Below are positions 1-13,800 of a stretch of DNA of 64,000 nt, one piece after another. Positions within the stretch are counted from its first letter, which is position 1. Every line of letters begins with the position of its first letter. The translations under genes were made by a program, and so were the position numbers. The stretch lies in NCBI GenBank assembly GCA_043228905.1, contig JBHGNT010000002.1, positions 2,480,001 to 2,544,000 of the forward strand, given 5' to 3'. The notes beneath the pieces are model-generated. The model did no database searches. It was not told where the DNA came from and worked only from the letters and a program-made list of their open reading frames with translations. The stretch comes from Azolla caroliniana. Taxonomy: Eukaryota > Plantae > Polypodiophyta.

Positions 1-460
1 CTCCATTTTTCCTAACTCTACCTCTACCCCTCCCATGACCTTTACCTTTTTAACTTACCACCCTACCTTTTCTCTCTCTACCTTTTTGCACTGATTACCA
101 CTAGCGCCCCTTATCATACCCTTACCATATTAAAACCCACTACCCTTTCCTTTCCTAAGTGCACATGTGCACATAGCACACCCTCACCGCCCACTCCCTA
201 ATTTGAATCCCCTCAACCCTCCACTTTACCCTTCCCTCATAAACCCTATGTAAACCCCTCAAATCCACTCATGGTCTTATGGCACTTATGAGCCCTTAGG
301 GGCGAAACTAATTTGCCAATAGCATTTGACCATGTCCCCCCTCCCCCCTAAACCCTTGTAATTTTTCATTCATAATGATAATTACATATTTTTAATTATG
401 TTTTCTCTCTCCCTCCCTCCCTTTTTAATTATGTTTTAATCTCATTTTATATTTTTATTA

Positions 461-773
461 GGGAAAAGTACCAAGATACCCCTGGAAGTTCGTCTATTTA
501 CCAGAATGCCCCTAGAAGTTTCAAATTTACCAAACTACCCCTATGTCCAAAAAATTACACTTTATAAAGTAATTATACACTCAAATATTTGGTAAATAGG
601 ACTAGTTCGGGTCCATTTCTTCAATCTTTGATAAATAGGGCTTGTAGATTTGAGTGTATAATTACTTTATAAAGTGTAATTTTTTGGACATAGGGGTAGT
701 TTGGTAATTTTGGAACTTCCAGGGGCATTATGGTAAATAGACGAACTTCCAAGGGTATCCTAGTACTTTTCCC
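461..773. mobile_element. Mutator-like (MULE) MITE, 313 bp
   Basis: Terminal inverted repeats of about 125 bp (GGGAAAAGTAC...GTACTTTTCCC). Perfect 9-bp TSD TTTTTATTA at 452-460 and 774-782, the TSD length typical of Mutator. Confidence 0.92.
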
Positions 774-1199
774 TTTTTATTACTACCTTTATCTTTCATT
801 TTAATTAATATGTTAATCCCCTCCTCTCCCCTTACCCCTCTTTTTAATTTTTAATTATGTTTTTAATCTTGTTTTTAAGTTTAATATTAGGTTTACTTAT
901 GTTTTAATCTCTAACCCTCTTTCTCACACACACTTTTAATTTTTTAATTAGTATGTTAATCCCCTCCCCTTACCTTGTTTTACATTTAGGTTTATATTTC
1001 TAGATTTATGTTTATGTTTTTAGTTTTCGGTTTATGATTTTTATTATTATGTTTATGTGTTAATCGTTTTATTAGTGTTTATGTTTAACCTTAATCGTAG
1101 TAATTAACCCCCCACCCCTCTTCCCCCTTCTCCTATTTCTACTCCCGCCTTCTTCCTATACACCAAGCATTTTAACGATTCAGGTGCGCTCAAATCGGC

Positions 1200-1665
1200 G
1201 TTGGTGTTCCTCTTCTCTGACATCTTCTCCAACATCTACCCGTCGATGACCCACCATTCCGCACTCTTTGTTTCAACCGCAACGTCAACAAACCTAGGTC
1301 TCTTGACCGCCACATGTCAAGCTTGAGGGGGGGTATAGAGTCGAACAGAGCAACCGAGGCCAACACCGTCCTCACCAAAAACCAACCCAATTTCACTATC
1401 CGACGATTGGAAGTTGTGTTTGAAGGGGCGTGTTAAGAATTAAACTCAACTTCCCTAGTGTGGGAACACACCTTAAGAATCGCCAAGTGTGTGAACACCC
1501 CACCACTTAGTATCATAACTAATGTGTCATAGAAGTTAAGCCTTATGACACATAGTTACTAGGTAGTTAAGTCTACACCTCTTTCCCAAGAGGCGGTTGT
1601 TGTAATAGAATATAGAGAGAAGGTAACTACAATTTAGTTTTTACTATTTTTCTGTATACTCTGTG

Positions 1666-1723
<58 letters not shown>

Positions 1724-1777
1724 TAACACAAATCCTTAATCTTTTCCGCTGCATAGAATCACACTCAATTCTTTACA
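1200..1777 (+). mobile_element. 3' remnant of a Ty1/copia element (family A): RNase H end, two PPTs and 3' LTR 1431-1777
   Basis: AGCTTGAGGGGGG near 1320 and TTGAAGGGGCG at 1420-1430, then an LTR TGTTAAGAAT...TTCTTTACA homologous to the LTRs at 51688-52074 and 63155-63537. 5' boundary is approximate. Confidence 0.8.
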
Positions 1778-4700
1778 ATGGTCAATTCCTCTTGGGGACT
1801 TGGCTCTTTTTCAACACCCGTCTTGGTATAACCTCATCATCATACATCCTTTTCGGCCTTTCCACCTCGGCGAATGCTTGCATATAATGCATATTTCTTC
1901 ATCCTTACACTTAAGATGCATATAATGCACATTTCTTCTCATAAATCCGTGTTCGAATCTCACCAGCCACTTCCAATGCTAAATCCCTTTTCTCATTGTA
2001 TTTTTTTTTATTTCATTCTTCAATGCATCAAAGTCTTGCAAAGTCACATAATTCTACAGAACTCATATGTCCGTCCATATCTATACCATCACTACAAGAG
2101 CTCCTATCTTTGTTCTAGGTTTGTAGCCAGCTTCTCTCTTGCAATATAGCTCTTGCCTCAAGGCTCTGTAGATTGAAAACATCAGTTTTCTCATCAAAAG
2201 AGGCTTTTCTAGTTGCAGATGTGATGGGTATCAAAAGAATCCATATCTTTCCAAGAAAAAACCAATGTTCATTGTGAGTGTGCATTGACTCGACTAACTT
2301 AGGAGAAAAAGCTTAGAAACTAGCCTTTCCATTGGATCTTCCGAAAATACATTTCCTTTCTGGTGGTTTTGAAGCATAGTCTATTTCTTCGCAGTAGCCA
2401 CGGCACGGAAGTGGAGCCATGGAGCCATACTTGAAATCCATTGGAAAATTGAGAGTATAAACAATTTGATAGAACTTACCTCATTCAATCTTCCAAAACT
2501 ATGCTATTGCAACCATCATCTTCTTGAAGGGGGGGAATGCCTTACAATGTTTTGGCTACATTGCTTTATGTTAACATAAGGACCTACATTATGCTCCAAT
2601 TTAACTTAACCCTAATATTTTTCAAACTTACAAATGTTCTCGAGCACATAAGAGGGAAGTTAGCCACTTTCTATATGGAAATCAACAACCATTCAACAAA
2701 TGATGGAGAAGGCTGAGTCACAAACACTTTAGCCAAATCTTGCTCGAGCTTCAAACGCAAACTCTCTTTTTTCCAAGAAAAAATTGCTTCCCGTTAGTTA
2801 GGCGAATCGCATGTACAAATCAGGTTGTGTACACTCTAAGTATCTATCAGTACTCTACTATTTACAAATCGCTTTCATTTGTATTTGGCTATCGTTGTAT
2901 GACACCTTAGATCAAAAAAGGTGGGGCAATTGTTGTCCACAGAATAACAAACAACTGCCTTATTTTTCAACAAGCATCAAGACACAACTAGCAAGCTTCG
3001 AAACGCAGCTAAACATTGATATCACCGAAAGCAATATGGGTGATTTGCTAGTTAAGGGGGTAGAGCTAGTGAGGTGGCTGGAAGCACCATTTCAGATGTC
3101 CTGACGTGAAGTCCACCAATGGTGTGGTTGCCCAGAGTGAGATAAATTGTGCTCGTGCCAACTCTTGAGACTCTAAATCTCCCATATAGGTTTTTGAATT
3201 GTGGACACAAGTTACCACAAGATCAATTCATATAATTGTGATGGAATCAACTCTTATATTAGCGCATGGGATACAATGATACTGCATCTCACTAGTTTCT
3301 TCCATGGCTACTAATCTCCATCACCAACATGCTTAGGCGTCTCTGTTCGAGCAGACTAAGGAATGCCAACGACAAAGCAAATCACAATTACCAAGATATA
3401 CGGCACATGGGCCGTGGCATCACTAAATCATGGAGAACATTTCTTAACATGGTGGATCCACACAAAAATTTCCCCATAACATCATTTCACCACACCAAGA
3501 AGCCTAGATACAAAGTCCAATCACCACTAAACTAGATATTAGCTATGCACTTCATGCTTGTAAATTGTCTCAAAATATCATTCCAGAACAGGCATTAAGA
3601 TCATGGTCATGAGCTTTAGGAAATCTAGAGATTTTATTTTTATTTTCCTATGTATAACATGAATTGACCAATATTTGTAATCATGATTGATAGGCCAATT
3701 TTGGCCTATAGTAGATGATAACGTCTCTCTCTTTCCAAAACCTTCTTCAATGACATGAAAGTGTACTCTTAAGAATGAGCATGAAAAGAAGACCACATTG
3801 GTCTGTCTTTTTTCAGCTTCCTTTAATAGTAATTTATATCAGGAAAATAGATGTTAGATGTTCTTCCAAGCAGTGTTTCCTTGGACACGATTTAAAAATC
3901 TCGCATGCAAATGTATCCAATCAAAGTTTAAGCAATCAATTCATCGCTAGATTTGAAAAGAAGTGATGGTGTTTGCAATATCTGACGTCTATTCTTTGAT
4001 TAGCTTCATTAATAATAATTTATATTAGGTGAATATGACTTAAGATCATGTGCTCATCTTTTTTTACTAACCAAATCTCACAAAAACCATGATCGATGTA
4101 ATCATGCGACTGTGCAAGCAGATCATCAAAAGTTGTGCTATTTTCTCTCACAAGCAAAGTTGTGCAAAAAGCAAATATGACAGGCAAATTTCTTGTTCAT
4201 ATTTTATTTCAAATAGTGTGCTTGCTCAATAGCATACCTTGAACTGCTACATATATTGTCAAGGGTTTGATTTGCTACATACTGCTTTTAAGAGTAAAAA
4301 AATGCAGAATAAAAAAGACAAATCCCATGAATACCAAATAGTGACTTACATGGATAAAAAAATTAAGTACAGATTTTGATTGATGTATTTATATCTTCGC
4401 TATCCCAATTGTTGCTGGAAACATTTCAGAACCCCACTCATCCAAAATTACACAATTTAAAGATTGCACAATAGATATTTCAATTAAAGCTTGAACGCTA
4501 TGCATGAGTTATATATTGAGCTGCCAAAAGACAAACAAACTAGATAGAGAGAGAGCTCCCATAAATTATTGAAGTGTAAAAAGAGCACATTATGGGAGCC
4601 AATCGGTTGATGAATAGAAAGACCAAATCACATGGATAAAGTCTACGCAAGGATTTTGATCCCAACTTCCCAATAGTTGCTTCAAACATTCCAGAACCAG

Positions 4701-4856
4701 ATGATTCCATAAAAGATATTACAGTTAAGTTGGAATGCCATGCATGTGTTATCTATCTGTCAAAGATAAACAAACTAGAGAGAATATCTTCCACGATATT
4801 TTTGATTGGTTAATTGGCAATGAAACCTGATGAGATATATTTTCAACTTAAGTTTT

Positions 4857-7800
4857 CTAACCAGAGCTATGATCAGGCGCACCTGGATTTTGTTTTGCAC
4901 CAGAAGCAGTGTGAACTTTCTCAAGAGCTTTTTGACTCGCTTCTCCAGCTGCCTTTGAGACTTTATTGAAAGCTCCGGTAACCCAAGCAGCACTTGTGAG
5001 AATATGCTTATTTTTCATCAGTGCTGAACCAGCACTAGTCACCTTTTGCTCAGCAGCTGAGAATGCAGATCGAGTCTTTTCAGTAACGTGATACTTTTCA
5101 TCGATCGCTTTCACATGGTCGTTTACTGCAGCTGTGCCAGAGCTGATTTTTTGTGACAACCCCATTTTTTTGTCTAGAGATGATACTGTGGCCGTAGCAT
5201 TCGCTGATAGATGATGTTTTTCATCAAAGTTTTTGGCCTTGCTCATTGCATCTTTTCCGAGATCATAACCCTTAGCAAGCATTGTCGAGATCATATCTTG
5301 GGCTTTAGTAACTGCCGCCGGTACTCCTGCTGATGACTGTGACTAAAAATAATTAAATGATGGAAACCTTGAGGCCAATTAGATTTAGGGGAAATTTCTG
5401 AAATAATGTTGAGTTTTTCTTTATTTCACAAATACCTTTGATCACCCCCAAAAGAGCAATTGAATGTGCTATTTGTGCATTTATATTGCTGATTTATCCC
5501 TTTCCCTCAGTTATATATACTCTATTAGCAATTATATGATCAAGGCATTTGGGGACATAGTGAAAACTAGTGGATATTTAGGGAAATCAAAAGAAAACAT
5601 CAGGGATATTTCAGCTTTGGACTTGCTTATTAAAATATAAAAAAAATCAAAATGCCCTGAAGTTTTAGGATATTCACCAGAATACCCCGATCTTTTAAAA
5701 GATGAGCAAAATACTCCACTGTAGTACAATTTTGACTACTTGTGGTATTCTGGCTTTGCTTTAAAAGTAGGAGCTATTCTGGTAAATAGCCAATGTGTTA
5801 GCAGTATTTTGGTGTTTTTTCTAGAATATATGTGTCAATTAGTTTTCAGTCGAAAAGCTTTACCACAGTGCGCTTTAATGTGTTGTTGTTGGGAGAAGAA
5901 GACTGATGCTCCTCAACTTCTGTGATTGTAACCACCTGATCAACAATTGTCGCTCCCTAAAAGTAAAACCAGAAAGTTATCGACTCATCATAAATTACAA
6001 AACATAAGAGGTCATATATCCCATTGAAGATTCTATTCTACCCCATTTTTAGGGAAGGGAAGATCAAAACGTGACAGAAAGAAATGTGACCTTATCATCT
6101 TTATAAAACACAGCATTACAACCAGTATTAATACAAGTATTAGAAAAAGGGATATACAGATAATAGGATGGCAGTTTCTATCGCTTCTGGATCTTTGAAT
6201 GTTACAAATGCAACCTTTGATCCTTCAGCATTACTGTTGGTTAACCATAAACAAAAATTGCAAGTTAACTTAGAAGTGAGATTTTAATGTTTTTCCAAAC
6301 ATAATAAGAACCACGTGAAATTACATGTTATTCATGTAGTGCTGCAAACTACTATACCTCTGAACATCGATATGTAGAATTTCACCAGAAAAAGAGAAGA
6401 AGTCATGGATATCGCGTTCTGTCACCTTTAGAGACAAGTTGCTCACCTTCACAGTCCTGGTCTGCAGAACACAATTACATAAATTATTCATCATACCTCA
6501 TAAATCAAGTTAAACAATGAAGGATAGGATGGTATTTTCATTAGTTGTGAAAATCTTTTGATTGGGCATAAAACCAGTTAAAAGATATGTGTTGTTGAGA
6601 GACAAGCTCAACATCGGCCGGATCGGCTGAAGAAGCCGAGGACCGGATTGGTTGGGACCGATCGGTTAGGCCGAGTGCGTAAACCGGGAGGTTGTTAGGA
6701 AAGATATTCCGTGAGGAATATATTTGGGAGTTAGTGTAGGAGCTCTTGATGAGCATTGAAGTACTGTCAGTACTTCGGTCAGTCCTAGGACTTGTATAAA
6801 AGTGTTCACTGAGCACGTCTTATGTACAAACAGAGTATTATTGTTGAATATAGTTTTTGTGTCTTCTCTCTCACTCTCTCTGTCTCTCCCGCGTATACCG
6901 TTTAAGCTCAAGCTCTCCATTGAACCTGAGTTTCCTTCCTTCTGTTCCGTCTTCATACTTGCTTCCACACGCTATTTTTTACATGGTATCAGAGCGCGAG
7001 GGTTGAGAACCCTGCAGCCGACACAGCTTGACGAAGAAGAACGAGAAGAACGATGGATAGAGGCATGGCGAGCTCGCTTCCAACAGAGAAGCTCGACAGA
7101 ACCAACTACGCGTCTTGGTCCTACAAGATGCACCAGTATCTGCTCGGGCACGGCTACTGGAGTTATGTCGAAGGAGCTAATGACGCGGCACCCGAATCGA
7201 CACACAGAGGCTTCCCGTCGTGGGAGCAATCGGCGAGCAGGGTATTGTACTGCTTCGCGTCGTGTGTGGGCGAACAGCTATTGAGCTATGTTCGGGATGC
7301 AAAGACGCCGAAGGGTGTGTGGGAAAATCTGAAGAAGATTTTCGCCGCGAGCACCACAGCCAGGAAGCTTCAGCTCCGACAGGAGTTGAGCAACCTACGA
7401 CAACGCGACTTATCGGTGGCGGACTATACCTCGAAGATCAAGGATATCTGCGACTCCCTTGCCTCCATAGAGGTGAACATCGAGGAGAGCGAGATGGTCC
7501 AGATCTGTCTCGGAGGTTTGGCGTCGAAGTTCGGAGCGTTCCGAACGGCTGTGTGTACCCGGGAGAATACGCCGTCCTTTTTCGACTTACAGTCGATGCT
7601 CCTAGTAGAGGAGAACCACGCGGGTGCATCTACAAGCATGCACACCGACAGCAGAATGTTGTACACAGAGGGAGATAGGCCCCGTGGACGTGGAGGACGA
7701 GGCGAGTCGGTGCGCAATGGAGGCGGCCGACGAGATCAAGGAAGAAGGCACCGAAGTGATGCCGACAGCAACTCCGGACCCTCCGGAAACAGGGGGAGTC

Positions 7801-10800
7801 GAAGCGATGAGAACCGGCAAGGGAAGGCCATCGCGGAGTGCTGGTACTGTGGCAAGAAAGGCCACAGGGAAAGTGAGTGCAGGAAGAAGCACGCCGATTC
7901 GGAGAGAACTGGTTCCGAAAACGGCTCCAGACATACCGACAAGGGAAATCGGCAGCAATCACACTACGCCGAAGACTCCGGGAGAGCCGGAGAAGGGCTG
8001 TCTTCGTGACGAGACACGAAGCAAACTCAATGAAACAGACCACCCCGAGATCGAACGAGGTGTGGTACGTAGACTCCGGCGCGTCAAACCACATGACGAG
8101 CCATAAGGAGTGGTTCTCGTACCTTGAAAAACCGATACAACCTGGAGTAGTCGCAACAGGAGACGACACTCCGCATCCGATCGCGAATGTCGGAGAAGTT
8201 CCCCTTACCCATGTCGGGCAAAAAGGGAAACTCATGAACGTGTTGCACGTTCCGACAATCACGAAGAACTTGGTCTCGGTCGGACGGATTGTCGACCAAG
8301 GGATGGAGGTTCGGTTTACACACCTCGAGTGCTTCATTGAGGAAGAAGGCCGTGTGATTGCGCAAGGGCGCAGAGACGGTAGGATGTTCATCCTCGATTC
8401 CACTGACGGCGGCACCGCAATGTTCGCAAAGGGACAAAAAGCCGAGTCGGACATCGACTTGTGGCACAAGCGGATAGGCCACGTCAACTACCAGCGGCTT
8501 CAAGATCTGCAATCGAAACAGGTAGTGTTCAGATTGCCCAAATTTAGTGGCCGAAAGGCACAAATTTGTGAAGCCTGCCATCTCGGGAAGCAACACCGAC
8601 TTCCCTTCCTAAACGAGCGAAACCGGAGCCGGAACAAGCTCGACCTTATACACTCCGATGTATGGGGACCGGCACAAAACGTTAGTCTTGGCGGGAGCCG
8701 ATATTTCGTCGACCACACGCGGCACACGTGGATCTACCTCATTGAGAGGAAGAGCGAAGTCTTCGACTGTTTCCATGACCTCAAAGGGTTCGTGGAAACA
8801 GAAACGGGACGAAAGATCAAGTGCCTGCGGTCGGATGGCAGGAAAGAGTACTTTTCCGGTCAATTCAACGGTTACCTACAACAAATGGGAATTCGCCGCG
8901 AATTCAGTTGTAGATACACGCCGGAGCAGAACGGCATGGCCGAGAGGAAGAATCGGTCAGTTGTGGAAGCGGCACGGGCAATGCTGGAGGAAAAGAGCTT
9001 GCCCAAGTTCTACTGGGCCGAGGCGGTAAGGATCGCGGTATACATCCAAAACCGGATCGGAGACAAAGTGTCGGCGCACGAGCTATATTTCAGAACGAAG
9101 CCGAACTTGCGACACTTAAGGGTGTTCGGTAGCATTACGTATGTGCATGTACCGAAGGAGAAAAGGAGGAAGCTGGACGCAAAGGCCAAGAAATGCATCT
9201 TGGTCGGTTACTTGGACGAGCAAAAGGGTTATAAGTGTTATAACCCTCGCACCAAACAAGCGCGTGTCAGTCGCAACGTTGTGTTTGACGAGTCCGCGTC
9301 CTGGTACCTACCCCCGACTACGAACCTCGACTCCAATCCGAGCTCTGACGATGAGGTCAGCGAGGCCGAGATGCCTCCGGATGAGCCCGAAATCGAGACC
9401 CGCGAAGAGAGTCCGATTTCACTCCGGTTAAGTGGACCAATTGGACGACTGAGTCGATACGACCAGTCTGATGAAGAGCCAGCGAGTGGTGGAGACTCGG
9501 TCGTGCATTCCCCGCGCAGGAAGTCGAGGAGACGGCTTACGCGCAAAGAGAAAGGGAAGAAGAAGGTGTCGGATTCCGGCACGGAAAGGAACGAGTCAGA
9601 CCGACGCGAGTCCGACTCCGAGGGAACCGGTGACAGGTCTTTAAAGATGAAGACCGCGTCGGCCGAGAAGGCCTCGACATCGGCTAATGTGAGATTACGC
9701 CGATCTACCCGCCAAAAGAACCCAGTTGTGCGGTTCGGATACAACGAGTACATGGCGCATCATTATGCATACATGACCCGTGTAGCGGAAGTGCGTGAGC
9801 CGGAGAGCTACGCAGAAGCGGCTAAAGACACGAATTGGCATGCCGCGATGGAGGAAGAGATGCACGCATTGGCAGAGAACGAGACCTGGGACCTGGTTGA
9901 CGCACCAAAAGGGGTAAAACTGATCGGGTGTAGGTGGGTGTACAAGGTCAAGTACAACACCGATGGCTCGGTCAACCGGTACAAGGCTCGACTAGTGGCA
10001 AAGGGCTACGCGCAGAAACACGGCATCGACTACGATGAGACATTTGCGCCGGTCGCAAAAATGACGACCGTCCGTGTTTTGCTCGCAGTAGCCGCGGCCA
10101 AGGGGTGGCACTTACATCAAATGGATGTAAAGAATGCGTTCCTACAAGGTGACCTTGAGGAACAAGTGTACATGGTACAGCCCCCCGGATTTCCCTCCGG
10201 AACAAACTCCTCGGCAGTATGCCGACTGAAGAAGTCCCTTTACGGACTGAAGCAAGCCCCGCGTGCCTGGAACGCTAAGATCACGCAACAACTGCGTCGG
10301 TTGGGCTTCGTCACGTCAAAATCGGACTCTTCCCTGTTCATCCGGAAAGGTCGACTCGGACCGGTTAGTATTTTACTGTATGTTGATGACTTGGTCATCA
10401 CCGGCACCGACCTAGGTGAAATCGACCGCGTGAAGCTCCAGCTTGCGGCATCGTTCGACATGAAGGATCTGGGGGACCTTCATTACTTCCTCGGGATCGA
10501 AGTGATCCGTACCCCCGAAGGCATATTGATCAGCCAACATCATTACGTGCTGAGTATGCTCTTCAAATTCGGGATGGCCGACTGTAAGTCCGTCTCGACT
10601 CCTCTGGACAGAACTGTCAAGCTTCGTCCCGATACGGGAAAGGTATGCGACCCGACGAGGTTCCGACAAATTGTCGGAAGCCTCATATACTTGACCATCA
10701 CCCGACCCGACCTCAGTTATCCGGTCAGAGTGATTAGTCAGTTCATGGCGCGACCTACCGAGGAGCACCTTCAGTGTGCGCAACGCGTACTACGGTACGT

Positions 10801-13800
10801 AAGTGGCACTAAGGACCGAGGACTGCTATATCGGACTGGTGCAGCCGTGCAGTTAGTCGGCTACACCGATGCTGATTGGGCTGGCAACGCCGCCGATCGC
10901 CGATCCACGTCTGGATACGCGTTCTCCCTCGGGAGTGCCGCGATCGCGTGGAGCAGTAAGAAGCAGCCGACAGTTGCACTGTCGAGCACCGAAGCGGAGT
11001 ACCGAGGAGCGGCTGTCGCGACATGCGAAGCCATATGGTTGAAGCGGCTACTTAAGGACCTGCAAGAGGAGGTGTCCGATCCAACGACGATCTACTGCAA
11101 CAACCTCAACAGCATCCAACTCGCGAAGAACCCCGTCTTCCACGCACGGACCAAGCACATTGAGGTGCACTACCATTTCGTCCGTGAGCGTGTCCTTTCC
11201 GGTGAAGTCGAACTTTAGTACGTTCCGACGGATCGGCAGGCTGCCGACATCTTCACCAAGCCTCTTGGTCTGGACAAGTTACGGCAATTCTCAGGTGCGC
11301 TCGGATTGCGTCACCTTGACATGCCGAACTTGAGGGGGAGAACAGTCCCGAACGACCAAGCAAGGCAACAGGAAAGGAGCGGAGACCGTGACACCGAGTC
11401 GGTTGACAAGTTCGACTTCGGATCGGCTGAAGAAGCCGAGGACGGACCCGCGGAGAAGTTCGGAAGCGGACAAAAGGGGAGCAACCGAAGGAGAGAGCTG
11501 AAGCCAACCATGGATGGGGAAGATGACGCCATCGAGGGCGAGAAGACCGAAGACGAGTTGGAGACAGCCAACCCGGACGAGAGCGAAAACCGATCGGAGG
11601 TAGCCGAGTCGGTTCGGATGTTTGATTCAGATACGCTGAATCAACTGAGGCCCAAGCGGAAGAAAAGGCAGCAGGAGAAGCGTCGACACCGCAACAGCAG
11701 AAGAGCTGATAAGGGCCGCATGAGCATACAAGCCGACCGGAAGGGTCGAAGCGCGCGTAGTTGAACAGGTCGAGGAGCGCGAGCGAGGCCTGAAGCCAGG
11801 AGGAACCGGAGCCATGAGCCCGAGGATCCCGAAGAGCCTCGAGTTGAGCTTGAGGGGGAGTGTTGAGAGACAAGCTCAACATCGGCCGGATCGGCTGAAG
11901 AAGCCGAGGACCGGATTGGTTGGGACCGATCGGTTAGGCCGAGTGCGTAAACCGGGAGGTCGTTAGGAAAGATATTCCGTGAGGAATATATTTGGGAGTT
12001 AGTGTAGGAGCTCTTGATGAGCATTGAAGTACTGTCAGTACTTCGGTCAATCCTTCTAGGACTTGTATAAAAGTGTTCACTGAGCACGTCTTATGTACAG
12101 ACAGAGTATTATTGTTGAATATAGTTTTTGTGTCTTCTCTCTCACTCTCTCTGTCTCTCCCGCGTATACCGTTTAAGCTCAAGCTCTCCATTGAACCTGA
12201 GTTTCCTTCCTTTTGTTCCGTCTTCATACTTGCTTCTGCACGCTATTTTTTACATGTGTGAACCATGAAATTTCACAGCATTCTAGCCAAGAATAGGCAT
12301 CATCTTTGTTATAGCTCTCAAGAGTAACAGGATATAAGAAAGACGACGCACTTCATTGACCACCTCTAAATGAGTGATTGGGCATAAAATCGGCTAATGT
12401 ATATATATGTGGACCATGAAATTTACAAATGTCTGCCCAATAATAGATCTCACCTCTGTTGTGTCTCTCAAGAGTGGGATGATATTAGAGATGTCCATCT
12501 ATGAAAATTTACAAACATGGTTTTTAAACCAAGAACAATGCATGTTCTGCTTGAACGGGATCTCCCCTGTATCAGTAATTTTTATTTCAGAATTGGATCT
12601 CTTTTTCTTAAAAAGATAAGACATCAAAACCCTTAATATCAGAGAGAGATGGCTTCCCTATTTTACCTATAATTGTGTGGTCATTGAGAAGGTTGGACGG
12701 ATTTGGAAAACTCTGAGACAAAAATCAGTATCTTCTATGTGGCTCAAATAAGAGCAACAAACAGCAATCGAAATGAGTTTATTAGGTTACCCATTTCAGA
12801 AATTCATTTCGAAGATATACATTACTTCACTGACTTTATTGCTACCCCACAATACACATGCACACTATATATATGTGTGTATATATACGTATATATACAT
12901 ATATATAGATGCATGTATATATGTTTGTGTGTGTTTGAGGTGAAACCCCAAAAAAGACCCAATTCACATGTGATTGGCGGTTGATTTGTCGTTTTATACT
13001 AGATAAACTGAGGCATCTATTAATCCTTTTCATTTCTATTTAAAATGGAAATGAGTATTCAATAAATTATCCATAGAGATACTCAATGGAAAAGGACTGG
13101 TGTTGAAGGATCAACCCTCATAGATCAATCCTTGTCCAAATGCAAATAATTCGTATCATCGAGTTTTCATGCCAGATTGTGGAGTTCTTATGACCTACTT
13201 ATAGTGTTATACACATTACCACATGAATAACACCACTATAGGGACTGGTTTAATCTTCATTTTTTTGCTATTGTTATTCAAAATCTCTGTGAGTATTTTC
13301 TGGCAAGGACAAGACATGTGTATATTGCAAACAATTGCAATCTGCATCATGATGGAAGAAATAAAGCGTAACAACTTCAGAATTGTGAGTATACTGGATT
13401 TGGTTTTTAGAATTTGCTATTGGAGTATTTTATAACTGCAATAAATATAAAGCACCCAACAATCTCTTCTCTCACACAAGATTTACTCAATTATTTTAGA
13501 ACTGTCCTGTATATAATGACATGCAAAGACCACTTTTTTGTATTGGCCCTTGTGAGAGACCCGAGTTGAGTGATGGGTAGATTGACATGTAACATCATCT
13601 TCTGGTGAATGGAGCCATGTTGTGGGTAGTGCACATCACATAGAGTTCTAGGTGCATATCAAGTGAATGAATAAGATCAACAAGAAATATCGTCCTTCCA
13701 TTCCCATTAAAGAGATGCATCTAAAAACAATATTTAGAAGGATGTGACGGAGAGTCTTCACATCTTCATTTAACTAAGCAATTTAACTGTGTGTGTCCAA

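Noticed and set aside
1-1160. Pyrimidine-rich low-complexity region with loose TTTTAATTATG/CCCCTCC repeats
   Set aside because: No defined period, termini or ORF; cannot be assigned.
2620-3250. Possible decayed MULE transposase (YKCSR near 2630; CSCQL.ETLNLP SWIM-like motif near 3150)
   Set aside because: Needs a frameshift and substitutions at key residues; too weak without a profile search.
7877-8009. gag/pol overlap in element 1 as a programmed ribosomal frameshift
   Set aside because: Related elements 2 and 4 read through this region in one frame and there is no slippery heptamer; a 1-bp deletion explains it.
11216-11218. TAG before the Pol tail as programmed read-through
   Set aside because: It lies inside RNase H where element 2 has a sense codon, so it is a nonsense mutation.
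7424-12227. Long antisense and alternate-frame ORFs within the copia elements
   Set aside because: Expected shadows of GC-rich coding sequence; no domains recognised.
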